DNA from: a virus
Taxonomy: Duplodnaviria > Caudoviricetes
Direction: 5' to 3' (one strand)
IMG/VR virus record: IMGVR_UViG_3300033074_001783
Coordinates: 54,964-118,963 of that record
Length of the DNA stretch: 64,000 bases
Shown here: positions 28,017-38,304 of the stretch, in pieces
How positions within the stretch are numbered: position 1 is the first letter of the stretch
How the letters are laid out: the number at the start of each line of letters is the position of its first letter
Notes under the pieces: generated by a model
What the model saw: the letters and a program-made list of their open reading frames with translations, nothing else
The model's database searches: none
What the model was told of the DNA's origin: nothing
Program-made: the position numbers and the translations under genes

Positions 28017-30334
28017 TAGATTTGTACCCTGTTAGTTGTTGTTTCTTTGCCGCGAGAAAAATCATAAAACACAGGGGTTATTTGATACAACAAAGACCCG
28101 CGCTCCCCTGAGTCCAGCACATCTACAAACTGGAACAAGCCAGAATCAGAAATGTTATGGCATTTCCCAACTATTGATTTGTTACCAAGATAGATCATTG
28201 AAATAAGATAATGATCTATCTTGTTTGTATTGCCGTGTGTACGCCATTGAATTTTTACCAGTTTTTTATTTAACAACGAAGCAGATGCTTTCAAGACATT
28301 TGGCAAACTCTCTTTAAAAGACGCATCTACAGAAATGATTTTTCCGACAGTGCCAAAAGTGTATTCGTTTTGAGCGTGGTTTGCTTTTATTGAAGCTGCA
28401 TTCCCAATGTTCCCATACAGAGAAACTATTGGATGTTTCCATTTCGCAGGGGAAAACGAATAAGACAAATTTGGGTTTATTGTGTTTGTTACCGTTTGAA
28501 CATAGTTGCTCAAGGAGGTGGTAATTGGTGTGAAAAACGTAGTGATGGTATAACGATATTCGCAACCAAGCATCAACGGTTTTACGTTTCTAAGTTCTCT
28601 CAACTCGGCATCTGAAAACAAATCGTTTGTTAGAAGACCAAATTCTTCTTGTTCGCCTGTTGTGAGATTTGTCCTTGTTACTCTGTGGGCTACTAAATTT
28701 TGCAAATTTTCCTTAGATACGTCTCCTCCAAAAAGGTTGGCCAAACCAAGCCTGTCAATTTCGTTTTTGATTCTGGTTTCATTGGTTTCTTTGAACGAAA
28801 ACGAAACTTTAAAACGAACATCCATTACGTCATCTGACGATATCACTTGGAAATTGTCGTAAGAAACCTCAACAAGACTGCTTGTCTCGGGCGAATGTTG
28901 ATAAACAATTGTAGCCGCTTCATGCGTCAAGTTGTTTTTTGACAATAGTTCACAAGAGTAAAAATACGTTTTGTTTTTTGTGACACTTGTATCTGTAAAT
29001 GTTATGGAATTTGTTTGCAGGCCACCAAGGCGTCTGGGTGTTTCAACCAAAGTTTTCTTTTGTCCCGGCGTTTTTCTATAAATTGCAACCGAAAGAAACC
29101 CCGCTGGTATTTCAGTTATTTCCAATTTAACACTTGTGGAATCGCCGGTTGCCACAAGAGCAACTCTTGGTTTAAGAGAGTGTTTGTTTGCTCTGCAAAC
29201 AACACCAGAAAACTCAGAAGCAAGTACGCCATTTTCGCCATATGGAATCACGCGATAAATGGCGGGGTTATAATTTGATGTTGTGTCGGTAAATTTTTGT
29301 TCGCCATTGCGTGTGACAAGTGGAAAATCGGCCACAAACGAATAGGTGGCATCTTTCTGAAATTGATTGACATTCAATAATCTTTTCAATATTTTCACAC
29401 CCACAGCATTTGGATCAACTTGTTTGATAAACAAAGTGTTCTTCATTTCTTTGTTGCAAACAAGTGTTTTTACCACAGGCGCCAAAACTGGTGTTTTCAA
29501 AACAGCAACATTTTTTGCGTGCTCAATGGTTCCTGTTATGGTTTCAATGACAACCCCATTGTTGTTGTACAAATTTATAACAACAAACACTTCTGGTGTT
29601 TTCACAGCGGTAATATCCAGCAGGATTGTTTCATTCATTGTATAGTAATTGGAAGTTGCCGTTGTTTGAATTGGCACTATATCTTCTTGATTTAAAGCAG
29701 TTGTTGCAGAAGAGATAAAAGCATTTTGTGAAACTGTTGTTGGCTGATAAACGCCTGCCATCAAACTTCCAACAGTTGCATTTGTTCTGTTTCTTGTTCC
29801 AAGAACAGAAGGATCTTGGTGTTTTTCGTGAATCAAATCAAAAGACAACTCTTGTGCCGACAAAACACTTGATACTTCAGACGGTTTTGCAACACTGTAA
29901 ACTGGAACAGAAAGACCTTGTGCGCTTAGATCTTTCAGCCGAGCCAAGGAGATAGTACGTGTTGTTTTTGCTTCGGCTACGCCACGATAAAGTGCAGATA
30001 CTTTATCGTTTGGGATGACAGAAGTTATGTCAGAAATCTTTTCGGCAATCTGCGGATTCTCTTGGGAGGCAGCTAGGCTTTTTGAAATGGCACTTCTTTG
30101 TTGGATTTCTTGAATCGTTGCAGAAGTTGGATTCACAGAAGTTTTCACAGAAGTTTTTGTTGGTTTGGAATAAACAACTATCTTGGCTGTTGTGGCTTTG
30201 TTTTGCAATGCCCTTGAAACGTCTACCAAATATTTGATTTCGTAAACATATTTGTTGTTCATGATTTTTTGTAGGAACGAAAAATCATCTGGCAACACAA
30301 TTATTTCTTTTTCTTTTTTAAGAGTTATTTTCAT
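28016..30334 (-). CDS. putative virion protein with FN3/Ig-like repeats
   Basis: recurrent F(T/S/V)D...Y.Y motifs (FTDTT..YRVIP, FTDTSV..YFYSC, FSDA..YRYTIT, FVDV..YQITP); ATGA start at 30334. Confidence 0.6.
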   Translation of the reverse strand: MKITLKKEKEIIVLPDDFSFLQKIMNNKYVYEIKYLVDVSRALQNKATTAKIVVYSKPTKTSVKTSVNPTSATIQEIQQRSAISKSLAASQENPQIAEKISDITSVIPNDKVSALYRGVAEAKTTRTISLARLKDLSAQGLSVPVYSVAKPSEVSSVLSAQELSFDLIHEKHQDPSVLGTRNRTNATVGSLMAGVYQPTTVSQNAFISSATTALNQEDIVPIQTTATSNYYTMNETILLDITAVKTPEVFVVINLYNNNGVVIETITGTIEHAKNVAVLKTPVLAPVVKTLVCNKEMKNTLFIKQVDPNAVGVKILKRLLNVNQFQKDATYSFVADFPLVTRNGEQKFTDTTSNYNPAIYRVIPYGENGVLASEFSGVVCRANKHSLKPRVALVATGDSTSVKLEITEIPAGFLSVAIYRKTPGQKKTLVETPRRLGGLQTNSITFTDTSVTKNKTYFYSCELLSKNNLTHEAATIVYQHSPETSSLVEVSYDNFQVISSDDVMDVRFKVSFSFKETNETRIKNEIDRLGLANLFGGDVSKENLQNLVAHRVTRTNLTTGEQEEFGLLTNDLFSDAELRELRNVKPLMLGCEYRYTITTFFTPITTSLSNYVQTVTNTINPNLSYSFSPAKWKHPIVSLYGNIGNAASIKANHAQNEYTFGTVGKIISVDASFKESLPNVLKASASLLNKKLVKIQWRTHGNTNKIDHYLISMIYLGNKSIVGKCHNISDSGLFQFVDVLDSGERGSLLYQITPVFYDFSRGKETTTNRVQI

Positions 30335-31332
30335 GACCACACCAAAGTAAACAGGTTCACAAAAGTATCAGAATTGTTACTGTCTCTGAATAGTTTGCCA
30401 ACAAAGAATACGTGTTTGGTAGCAGCCGTCATGCCTCTGTCTTCTGCCCTTTGCTTGTCCTCTTCTGTGAAAGCATTGTTGTTTACCGAAAATGTACCAA
30501 AATCTATCACGTCCAATTTTGTCATCTGAGACCCTGCACACTCAAAAATTTGTCCAACAATTCTGTTGGTTTTAGATGTTTCTGTAAACAAAACATCTTG
30601 TTTGAAACCTTGCCGGTGCAACGATTCAAGCTCAGGAGTCAAATCAGAAAATTCAAAAATTGGACGTTGGTTTATTTGGACAAAAGACCCCAACGAAGTT
30701 GTTTCCGTTGTACCTTGTCTTGGTTTGTTTACTGGTGGTAAAAATTGATAATTTGGAATATGCGACAATCTTTTGTCGGCAAACAAACTTTCAACCATGT
30801 CAACATTTGCCGATTTGGCTTCTGTACTCGGAATGGGCCGTTCATCCGTTATGGTGTAGGTGATTTGTTTTGGGGAGAGATCAAATGTTCTTTCTTCTTC
30901 AAGAAAAGGTGCAAGCAAATATAAGTTTTTGAAATTGTCAACAGATGAACTTAGAACCGTGTTGGTGGCGTTAAAAAATTCTGTTGAATCTGTTATTTGA
31001 GTTTTTGTTCCACCGAATGAACCAGAAAAAAATTGCCCGTTCAACACGCAAACAGAACTACCATTGAGAAATTTCAATTCACGTACCAGCAGTTTCCCAC
31101 TGTCATCTATTTCTTGAACAATTCTGTCTTGTGGTAAATTGCTGGCCTCCAAAATTGGCCTCGCGGCGAAATCTTTGGAACCGCTTGCGAACGTATCTGT
31201 TATATCATAAAAAGCTGCTGAATCTGTGAATGAATAAAAAACAGATTTCAATTTACCACTGGCTAGTTGGTTTTTACCTTCTTGTGTCAAGATGGTGTCA
31301 AAGATTCGTGTCTTCGGATCTAGAAAACTCAT
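30331..31332 (-). CDS. virion/baseplate structural protein
   Basis: MSFLDPKTRIFDTILTQEGKNQLA...FTDSAAFY parallels 22211..22924; ATG at 31332 preferred. Confidence 0.65.
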   Translation of the reverse strand: MSFLDPKTRIFDTILTQEGKNQLASGKLKSVFYSFTDSAAFYDITDTFASGSKDFAARPILEASNLPQDRIVQEIDDSGKLLVRELKFLNGSSVCVLNGQFFSGSFGGTKTQITDSTEFFNATNTVLSSSVDNFKNLYLLAPFLEEERTFDLSPKQITYTITDERPIPSTEAKSANVDMVESLFADKRLSHIPNYQFLPPVNKPRQGTTETTSLGSFVQINQRPIFEFSDLTPELESLHRQGFKQDVLFTETSKTNRIVGQIFECAGSQMTKLDVIDFGTFSVNNNAFTEEDKQRAEDRGMTAATKHVFFVGKLFRDSNNSDTFVNLFTLVWS

Positions 31333-31343
31333 GCAGATATGTA

Positions 31344-32468
31344 TCAAACATCTACAAAGGGTTGGCCAGATCTCATCTCGTTATCAAATTGTCCAAGATC
31401 GTTTGGGTTCAGAGAAGATGGATTGCTTGCCGTAAGCCACGCCTGCGTGCCAGAAACGAATTGTACCGAAATTGGTATATCAAAAGCGTTGGTTGTTTGG
31501 TTGAGTGTTTTGGTATAAATCCTCGGCTCCAACATATCTCTCAGTTGACCAAATTTGCCTATTCTGTAGATCGCTTTTGGTGAAGTTGGTATACCGTTAT
31601 AAATTCCATATTTCCATCCTTGAATTACGGCACCGTACGAGTATTTGTACTCTGTCAATGAACCCGTTATGTCGGCCACACAAAAACTTGCGCCAAATCC
31701 AAAAAACCCTTTTAACAAATCATTTCTATCTGTTCCCGCAAGAGATGCGGTGGTTGTTGTTGTTGGGTGTGCAAGACTTTGTGCAACAGTTGGATAAAAT
31801 TTTGGATTATAGTATCCGCTTATTTTAAACAAAGAATCATTGGAGCCATCCGAGTAACACAAAATGTATTTTGTAGAAGAAGTGATTTCTGTGGCAGGCG
31901 AAAAATACAAAGTATCAGAAGGCATGTTGTCCTCATAGGTTGAAACACCTACAAGGTTTTCTGTGTTGATTATTCTTGGTATTCCGCTGTATCTTTGCAT
32001 AAAAGGATACTGACACGGCCAGACATTATCGGCAATTGGATGCCCGTCGGATCCAGTTAATTGACCGTTTGTTGTCAAGATAATTTTCAAAAGAGGCGCT
32101 TCTAATCCACTAGAAGCAGACGGAAACAATGCTGGAATAGAATACTTCCAAGATTTGTCATCCCATTTTGCCGCTACGAGTTTACCAGAATTCAATAAAT
32201 AAATTCCAAGAAAAGAAGGCATAATTGAATCATAAATGATTTTTGATTGGTTAATGAATCCTATTCCTCTCAAAGAGGAAGACCTGTAACCCGGATTTAG
32301 CAGCTTCACATAGTATTGTGACAACCCGACTTCTCCAAGATGTTCCGTGCTGCCCGATATTGCACTTCCAACCAGCCCTCTTGAACCATTCGGCAACATG
32401 GAACCAGAAATGAGTTTGTCTGTGTAAGAAAGGTAATAACTTTCTTTTGGTTCTACTTCAAATTCCAT
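31344..32468 (-). CDS. putative virion protein
   Basis: 374 aa, SGS/TGS-rich, structural context. Confidence 0.6.
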   Translation of the reverse strand: MEFEVEPKESYYLSYTDKLISGSMLPNGSRGLVGSAISGSTEHLGEVGLSQYYVKLLNPGYRSSSLRGIGFINQSKIIYDSIMPSFLGIYLLNSGKLVAAKWDDKSWKYSIPALFPSASSGLEAPLLKIILTTNGQLTGSDGHPIADNVWPCQYPFMQRYSGIPRIINTENLVGVSTYEDNMPSDTLYFSPATEITSSTKYILCYSDGSNDSLFKISGYYNPKFYPTVAQSLAHPTTTTTASLAGTDRNDLLKGFFGFGASFCVADITGSLTEYKYSYGAVIQGWKYGIYNGIPTSPKAIYRIGKFGQLRDMLEPRIYTKTLNQTTNAFDIPISVQFVSGTQAWLTASNPSSLNPNDLGQFDNEMRSGQPFVDV

Positions 32469-34119
32469 AATTTTCCACCGTTACAACATCTGTTGGGCAA
32501 GACTGTTCAAATGATTCATGAAACTCTTTGTTGTCTCTCAACAAAGAACCGTAAAAAATAATTTTGTGAACCCCGTTCATGCTTGCGGTCAAAGCAGGAC
32601 CAGCACCCGGATACATTGGAAGATCTGAAGAATTTTCATTGAAAGTGAGATATGAATACGGCAATTGCCAACCAAAAATGAGTTTGTCTGTTGGCAACAA
32701 CAAATAAGGATTTACTTTGCTGTAGCTTTTATTTATTTGCCTTGTAATTGGGCTTGTCCAGAAACTGCTAAATCGTGCGTTTCCAACCACAGTTGGAGAT
32801 GTGTCAGGATTCAAAAAACTACGACCATTGTCACCAATAAGATTTCTACCAGAAACATTGAAACTTTCAGCATATTCGGCAGTTTTTTGATTGACATCAG
32901 ATGTGACATTGATAATGCAGTTATATCCTTGGTCATATTTGATAGCACTTTTCACAGCGCCAGAAACCACAAATTGTTTTGAAAATTCAGACCTTAACGG
33001 AGCCGAACCAAACAACGAGTTATAAGTCGCTTCTCTTCTTAACCCTTCATCATAAACTGGCTCCCCTGAATTAGCATTTTTACTAATCTGCATCCAAGTC
33101 ACCAAATCTCTTGTGCTGTGTAAGTTGTGACTAGACGACACCAGCGGTATCAGGGAAACACTTGCTGAGTTGTACGTCAAAGAAATGTCCAAATTGTTTA
33201 TTTGGGCGCCACGTTGGTTGAGGATAAAAAAAGTTGAAATGCAAGCGTAGGACCCAATGTAAGTGTGGTTGTTGAGGGCACCACTGAAATATAGTACAAC
33301 TTTTTCCAGTAGAAATGGCTCAGAAATATATCTGTTCATTGGTATCAGACAAGAAGAGGTTGCTTCATATTTTTCCGAGGATGGAAATCCAAAATTGCTT
33401 ATTGGGTTGCAAACAAGATAAGACGCACTAACGATTGTTGAAGAAACGGTTCCTTCGTCAAGAACCGCACCAAAACCAATGGCTTTCTCGGATAAAAAGT
33501 GCAACAACCCTGCTTCATTTCTTTCTGAAATGTATGTGGAAAACTCTTTTCCACTGCCAACTCCCTCATATCTTCTTGTGTCTTTATTCCAGTAAGACAT
33601 TAAATAATTTGAAGATCCGCTTGTGTAATTTTGTATTCCAAATGCGCTATCGTTTACAGGAGTGATGTCAATTTCAAATTTGGTTTTGCTCCAGAGAGGA
33701 GTTTCAAACCCTTCTCCCACCAAAGAAACTTCGCTGCCGGTAAGATAAAATTGCTCTCTGGTTGAAATGGCATCAGAGGCAGGGTTGCAATGATCATCAA
33801 ACGGCTCAAAAGAAGAACTGCTTGGTGTAACTGGAATGAGAAATTTGTCTGCTATTCCTCTTTGCACAACTCCTGTTGTTGAAATCCCTGTTGTTAGTTC
33901 TGAAGTGAGATATTGAGATCCTACCGGCAAACAAGATGGTATGTTGATTGAAGTGGTTAGTTGTAAGTCCAAAACAGAAGAATCGTTGAAAACCAACACC
34001 TGTTCTCCCATTTTGTTAACTCTTTTAACAACCTCCACGGGTCTCCATTGATTAGCCAATTGTGTTTGCAATCTTGGTGGCAAATATTTAGCTCTACTGC
34101 CTTTTTCTGTCCTTGGCAC
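32458..34119 (-). CDS. putative virion protein
   Basis: 553 aa, GTG start, Ser-rich with SGS/SAS/TGS. Confidence 0.6.
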   Translation of the reverse strand: MPRTEKGSRAKYLPPRLQTQLANQWRPVEVVKRVNKMGEQVLVFNDSSVLDLQLTTSINIPSCLPVGSQYLTSELTTGISTTGVVQRGIADKFLIPVTPSSSSFEPFDDHCNPASDAISTREQFYLTGSEVSLVGEGFETPLWSKTKFEIDITPVNDSAFGIQNYTSGSSNYLMSYWNKDTRRYEGVGSGKEFSTYISERNEAGLLHFLSEKAIGFGAVLDEGTVSSTIVSASYLVCNPISNFGFPSSEKYEATSSCLIPMNRYISEPFLLEKVVLYFSGALNNHTYIGSYACISTFFILNQRGAQINNLDISLTYNSASVSLIPLVSSSHNLHSTRDLVTWMQISKNANSGEPVYDEGLRREATYNSLFGSAPLRSEFSKQFVVSGAVKSAIKYDQGYNCIINVTSDVNQKTAEYAESFNVSGRNLIGDNGRSFLNPDTSPTVVGNARFSSFWTSPITRQINKSYSKVNPYLLLPTDKLIFGWQLPYSYLTFNENSSDLPMYPGAGPALTASMNGVHKIIFYGSLLRDNKEFHESFEQSCPTDVVTVENYGI

Positions 34120-34122
34120 TGG

Positions 34123-34917
34123 TCAACTTCCTCTCAACAATCCAACAAAAGCAAAACTATCTGTGCGATATCTTGCGGCATTAGGCCCGTAACAACTATT
34201 GCCACGCGAAGAAAAAGGAGGAGTTAAACCAAATGACATGTTGCTTCCTGACATCGCAGCATAAGCATCAACAAATGGTTGACTTAAATTTGTGAAAAAA
34301 TTTATGTAGTTGGCTTCTTGGGTCGTATCTTCAAAAGCAGACTGATAGGTTGGATCGTTGGAAGCAAACCCAGACACCAAGACGGCACCCTCATAAGAAT
34401 CCCCAAATTTTTCTTCTCCTTCGTCAAGAAAAGGCATTACACTTTCTCCTGTGATAAATTGCTCATTTTCTGAATCCCAAGAGGCGTGCACGCCTCTTGT
34501 TTGTTTGACACCTTCAGCAGACGGCAACTTAAAAACAATTGGCAATGGTTCTATGGCAGCTTCTTGTTGCCGCTGCGGGCCACCGTTTAACCATATTGGA
34601 AAACGATAGTCAGACCCAAAGGTCAAATAAGATACAATGTCAAATTTTGGCAAATCTTCTTGAGCTACCGAACCAAAGAAATCAGTGAAAGGTGTAACAT
34701 CACCTATGGTATTGAAATTCTGTTCATGGGAAATGACTCCAAAAGAATCAACTTGGCCACCCCACACTTTTGGTTGAGAGGAACCATAAAGTTGAGACAT
34801 GTTTTTCAAATCTATTCCTTGGCGAAGGTTGCCGAAGGCTGACGTATCGGTGTTAGGATCTGTGGTTAAAACTTGTTTTGTTGGAGGCAGGATGGTATCA
34901 TCAAAAACGAAACTCAT
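34123..34917 (-). CDS. putative virion protein
   Basis: 264 aa in the structural block. Confidence 0.55.
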   Translation of the reverse strand: MSFVFDDTILPPTKQVLTTDPNTDTSAFGNLRQGIDLKNMSQLYGSSQPKVWGGQVDSFGVISHEQNFNTIGDVTPFTDFFGSVAQEDLPKFDIVSYLTFGSDYRFPIWLNGGPQRQQEAAIEPLPIVFKLPSAEGVKQTRGVHASWDSENEQFITGESVMPFLDEGEEKFGDSYEGAVLVSGFASNDPTYQSAFEDTTQEANYINFFTNLSQPFVDAYAAMSGSNMSFGLTPPFSSRGNSCYGPNAARYRTDSFAFVGLLRGS

Positions 34918-34932
34918 GGGAAAATGGTCCTT

Positions 34933-37900
34933 TTAGAACTTTGAGATGTTTCCCGCGAATTGCTGAAGTGTTATCGTATCTTTCAATCCGTGACGAGTAT
35001 CTTCTCCCAAATACATATCAGAGAAACGATATTCTATTTTTGGTCGTTCCAGCATGTGCGACTCAACAACATAATTTGTGCCAAGAAATTTCGTTTTTCT
35101 TGGCAGTAGATTGGCAATCGTTTTGCCAAGATTCATGTCAAACCATTTGTAAAACTCAAAAAATATTTTGATTTGTATTTTGTCCACAAGACGGTTGAAG
35201 TAAACATTTCTAAGTTGCTCAAGGTCTTTGTAGTCGGATGCGAACATTTGCTCTGTTCCTCCCAACACATTGTTCAACTCATCCAAACTAGCAAACATGG
35301 TAATGATGTCTTGATTGAGCAGGTCTACAACGGACATGTCAATAGAAAACCTTGCGTTGTCCTGTGGCTCTTCTGATTTTTCTATGTCATACGTTGGAGC
35401 CATAGAAACATAATCGTTTTCTTCGTTTGATATGTTCTCAAAATTTTGGAAACTGCGAACCCTAACTTTGTTTGTTGTGGCTCCATCATCAAAATGGCTG
35501 GATAAATAACTGTAGTAAATTGTCTCAGGTGAAATGATATTCGCGCTAGGTGCAAAACCAACCCCCGACAGGTGCATGTTGTTTTGGGAATAGTCAAACA
35601 ACTGCAACTCACCAGAAATGTTTGAAGAGGTGACAGCTTGATCACAAGGCACATCCAGCCTCAAACGTTCATATGAACCAGAAGCGCTCGTGACGAAATT
35701 AAAATAAGTTTTTGGGTTAAGAACGCCCAACGATTTTGGATTTCTTACATGTTCTTTCCACTCTTTGTCTGAAATGCCTTTGGACCAAAATCTTATTTGT
35801 GATATTTTACTATCAGTATAAGTGCTGTTTGCACCAGATATTGAATTAAGACAACAATCTGATGCTGCAAATGACTGAGAGCCATAAACCAAATAAGAAC
35901 CAGAAGGATTATAACTGCCGTTTAAAGAAGAAAACAGATTGAGGCCATAACCACCAAAACCATTGTCATCAAAAAACACAGAAGAACTATACGCTTCCTC
36001 TATATCTCCGTAACTCTGTCGTGCTGCTCTTAAAAAATACGAAGAAGAAACATGCCCCAATTCATCTCCTCTGTTTCTTCCAAATGAAATTGACCAATTC
36101 TGTCCGTCCATTGGGTTAAACCCGGTTAATGACATTGACAACGTTGGTGCGGAGCCAGTGGCATTAGGTCTAGCATAAAGGGTAACACCTGTGCCTGACA
36201 ATGCCAACAAATTTGCAAGCAGATATGTTTGACTTCCGGTTGTTTGTAGTCTTGCTATGCTTTGTGTTGGGTAAGAAGGTCTGAAAAATTTATAAGTTCC
36301 CTCAACTGTCCACGACCCAGAAGTCCACAACCCATCACTTGCTGTTCCTTGAACGGTTGGATATCCCGGCTCTATTCTGCTTGAAGACAAGAAAGGAGAG
36401 TAAGCTAAAGCGCTGCCAGAAAGATTCAACGTTCCGACCGCTTCGCTTCGTTTTTCTCTTGCTCCGATGAGAGATCTTTTGGTTGCACCTCCGTACTCTC
36501 TTATACGGAAATTGTTGTCTGGGTCTATTCCTATAGAACGAATAAAAGATTTAACTCCATGTATGGTTCCTTTGGAGTTAAGAACGTCTTGTATGTTTAT
36601 CAAAATTCTTCGCCAAATGCTGTTTTGGATTTCAAAAAGACTTCTGTCTCCGTTCTCAAGATTTTCTGCATTGATAAACTGTTGAACAGAAGAATTTGAA
36701 AACAAACTTGGTAGTTTTATGCCAAATTTATCAGCAAGGGTTTGTAAAAACTCGTCTGGAACTGTATCGTTTGTGTCGTAGTCAACCGCGAGTATATTTC
36801 CGAACGAATCCAAAAACAGTTTCAACTCATCATAAAAACTTGCGCATGTGTACAGAAGCATTAGCAGCACTTGTGTTTTGCCCAACGAAGCATCTCTCAC
36901 GCCCGTTGTGCCGTAGTTCAAAAGATCTACAACATCTCCATCCACGGTTGACAAAGCATCTTGGTACTGTCCCTCCAACAACATGTGCGGCGGAATTAAA
37001 TTAACAATCCAATTTGGGTTGTTGTTGTCATGTGTTTTAGCCAAAGATATTAAAGAACCTGTTAGTTCAGCTATGCTTGGTACAGCGCTGAAAAGTATTG
37101 GGTTATTTTTCAATTGTTCTTTGGTGACAGGAGAAACGCCTGCATAACTTGAGGTTGCAAATTCTCTAACGCCCAACACGGTTGAAGAATAAGAATTCAA
37201 AGTACCGTGCAAACCATTACCTGAATGATCCAAAACTATTTGACTTGCACTTCCAGAAGGTTCGTTAAACTTATAATAAAGTTTAAGATCATCGTTAGCA
37301 TATACGCTCCTGTTTTGATAGGTGTTTCGTTCTTCTGGTGTTCTGATAGAATGCCAGATTCTCAATTCATCAATGGCACCGGACAGTGTGTTGATTGGTG
37401 TGAATCCACCCATCTCCGAGCCAGAACCAATCGTTATTGGCGCTGCATCAAACAGCAGATTGCCAATCTCAAATGCACTTGAGCTCGCCACAAGTTGTTG
37501 ATTGTTAAATCCATAGATTTTTGAGATACCGGGAGTACGATCCCACACAAAAGCAAGATGATTAAATACGCCCTTTGTAATTGGTACAGCAGAAGAACTA
37601 AGCACAGAAGAGCCAGACACGATAACCATCTGCACATCTGCCGTGCTAGTGGAACTAGTTCCACTAAGGAATATTCCAAAACCTTGGTTATTGGATCCAA
37701 AAGAGGAAGAAACTTTCTGTAAAATAACCTGATTGGAATTTGTAATGGTTGGCAAAAATAAATGAAACTCTGTTGTCATTGACAACGAACCGGGATTTAT
37801 GATACTTCTTCCTGTGGCCGAACGAACCAGAGTGGGGTATTCACCACCAACTATATCTTTTGTGGTAACGAAAGTTCCACCACCAGACTCATAACCGCTT

Positions 37901-38304
37901 TTAGTTCCAGACAAACACAGATAACCAACATTTTTTGGGAAAAGATCATAAACATATTTTTCATATCCAGTTAAAGAATCAAAAAATACTTCATTTTCTT
38001 CTTTGGTTCCATCAAAAGGAAATACATCAAATATTTTTCTTACCGCAGCGTTGACTTTTACTTGTGCAGAATGAAAAAAAACATGGTTTGCAAAATCACT
38101 CCAATCAACTTTTAGTTGTTGAGTAGACTTGAGGCCGTGACCCTGTAGATCGTATCTGTAAGAAGAACTGTTGCCCAACGCCGACGCAGACATTTCAGAA
38201 AGTGTAAACGTCTGAACATTTCCACCTGTTTGACGAATAGATCTTACAACCGATGGAACAAACAAAGTTGGTTTGTTGATAAGCAGGTTTCTTGGGGCTG
38301 GCAT
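34933..38304 (-). CDS. baseplate wedge-like protein with LamG-like domains
   Basis: FNHLAFVWD, GAIDELRIW, KISQIRFW (LamG); IWRRILINI..VLNSKGT..GVKSFI resembles the P2 gpI/T4 gp7-type wedge motif. Confidence 0.7.
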   Translation of the reverse strand: MPAPRNLLINKPTLFVPSVVRSIRQTGGNVQTFTLSEMSASALGNSSSYRYDLQGHGLKSTQQLKVDWSDFANHVFFHSAQVKVNAAVRKIFDVFPFDGTKEENEVFFDSLTGYEKYVYDLFPKNVGYLCLSGTKSGYESGGGTFVTTKDIVGGEYPTLVRSATGRSIINPGSLSMTTEFHLFLPTITNSNQVILQKVSSSFGSNNQGFGIFLSGTSSTSTADVQMVIVSGSSVLSSSAVPITKGVFNHLAFVWDRTPGISKIYGFNNQQLVASSSAFEIGNLLFDAAPITIGSGSEMGGFTPINTLSGAIDELRIWHSIRTPEERNTYQNRSVYANDDLKLYYKFNEPSGSASQIVLDHSGNGLHGTLNSYSSTVLGVREFATSSYAGVSPVTKEQLKNNPILFSAVPSIAELTGSLISLAKTHDNNNPNWIVNLIPPHMLLEGQYQDALSTVDGDVVDLLNYGTTGVRDASLGKTQVLLMLLYTCASFYDELKLFLDSFGNILAVDYDTNDTVPDEFLQTLADKFGIKLPSLFSNSSVQQFINAENLENGDRSLFEIQNSIWRRILINIQDVLNSKGTIHGVKSFIRSIGIDPDNNFRIREYGGATKRSLIGAREKRSEAVGTLNLSGSALAYSPFLSSSRIEPGYPTVQGTASDGLWTSGSWTVEGTYKFFRPSYPTQSIARLQTTGSQTYLLANLLALSGTGVTLYARPNATGSAPTLSMSLTGFNPMDGQNWSISFGRNRGDELGHVSSSYFLRAARQSYGDIEEAYSSSVFFDDNGFGGYGLNLFSSLNGSYNPSGSYLVYGSQSFAASDCCLNSISGANSTYTDSKISQIRFWSKGISDKEWKEHVRNPKSLGVLNPKTYFNFVTSASGSYERLRLDVPCDQAVTSSNISGELQLFDYSQNNMHLSGVGFAPSANIISPETIYYSYLSSHFDDGATTNKVRVRSFQNFENISNEENDYVSMAPTYDIEKSEEPQDNARFSIDMSVVDLLNQDIITMFASLDELNNVLGGTEQMFASDYKDLEQLRNVYFNRLVDKIQIKIFFEFYKWFDMNLGKTIANLLPRKTKFLGTNYVVESHMLERPKIEYRFSDMYLGEDTRHGLKDTITLQQFAGNISKF

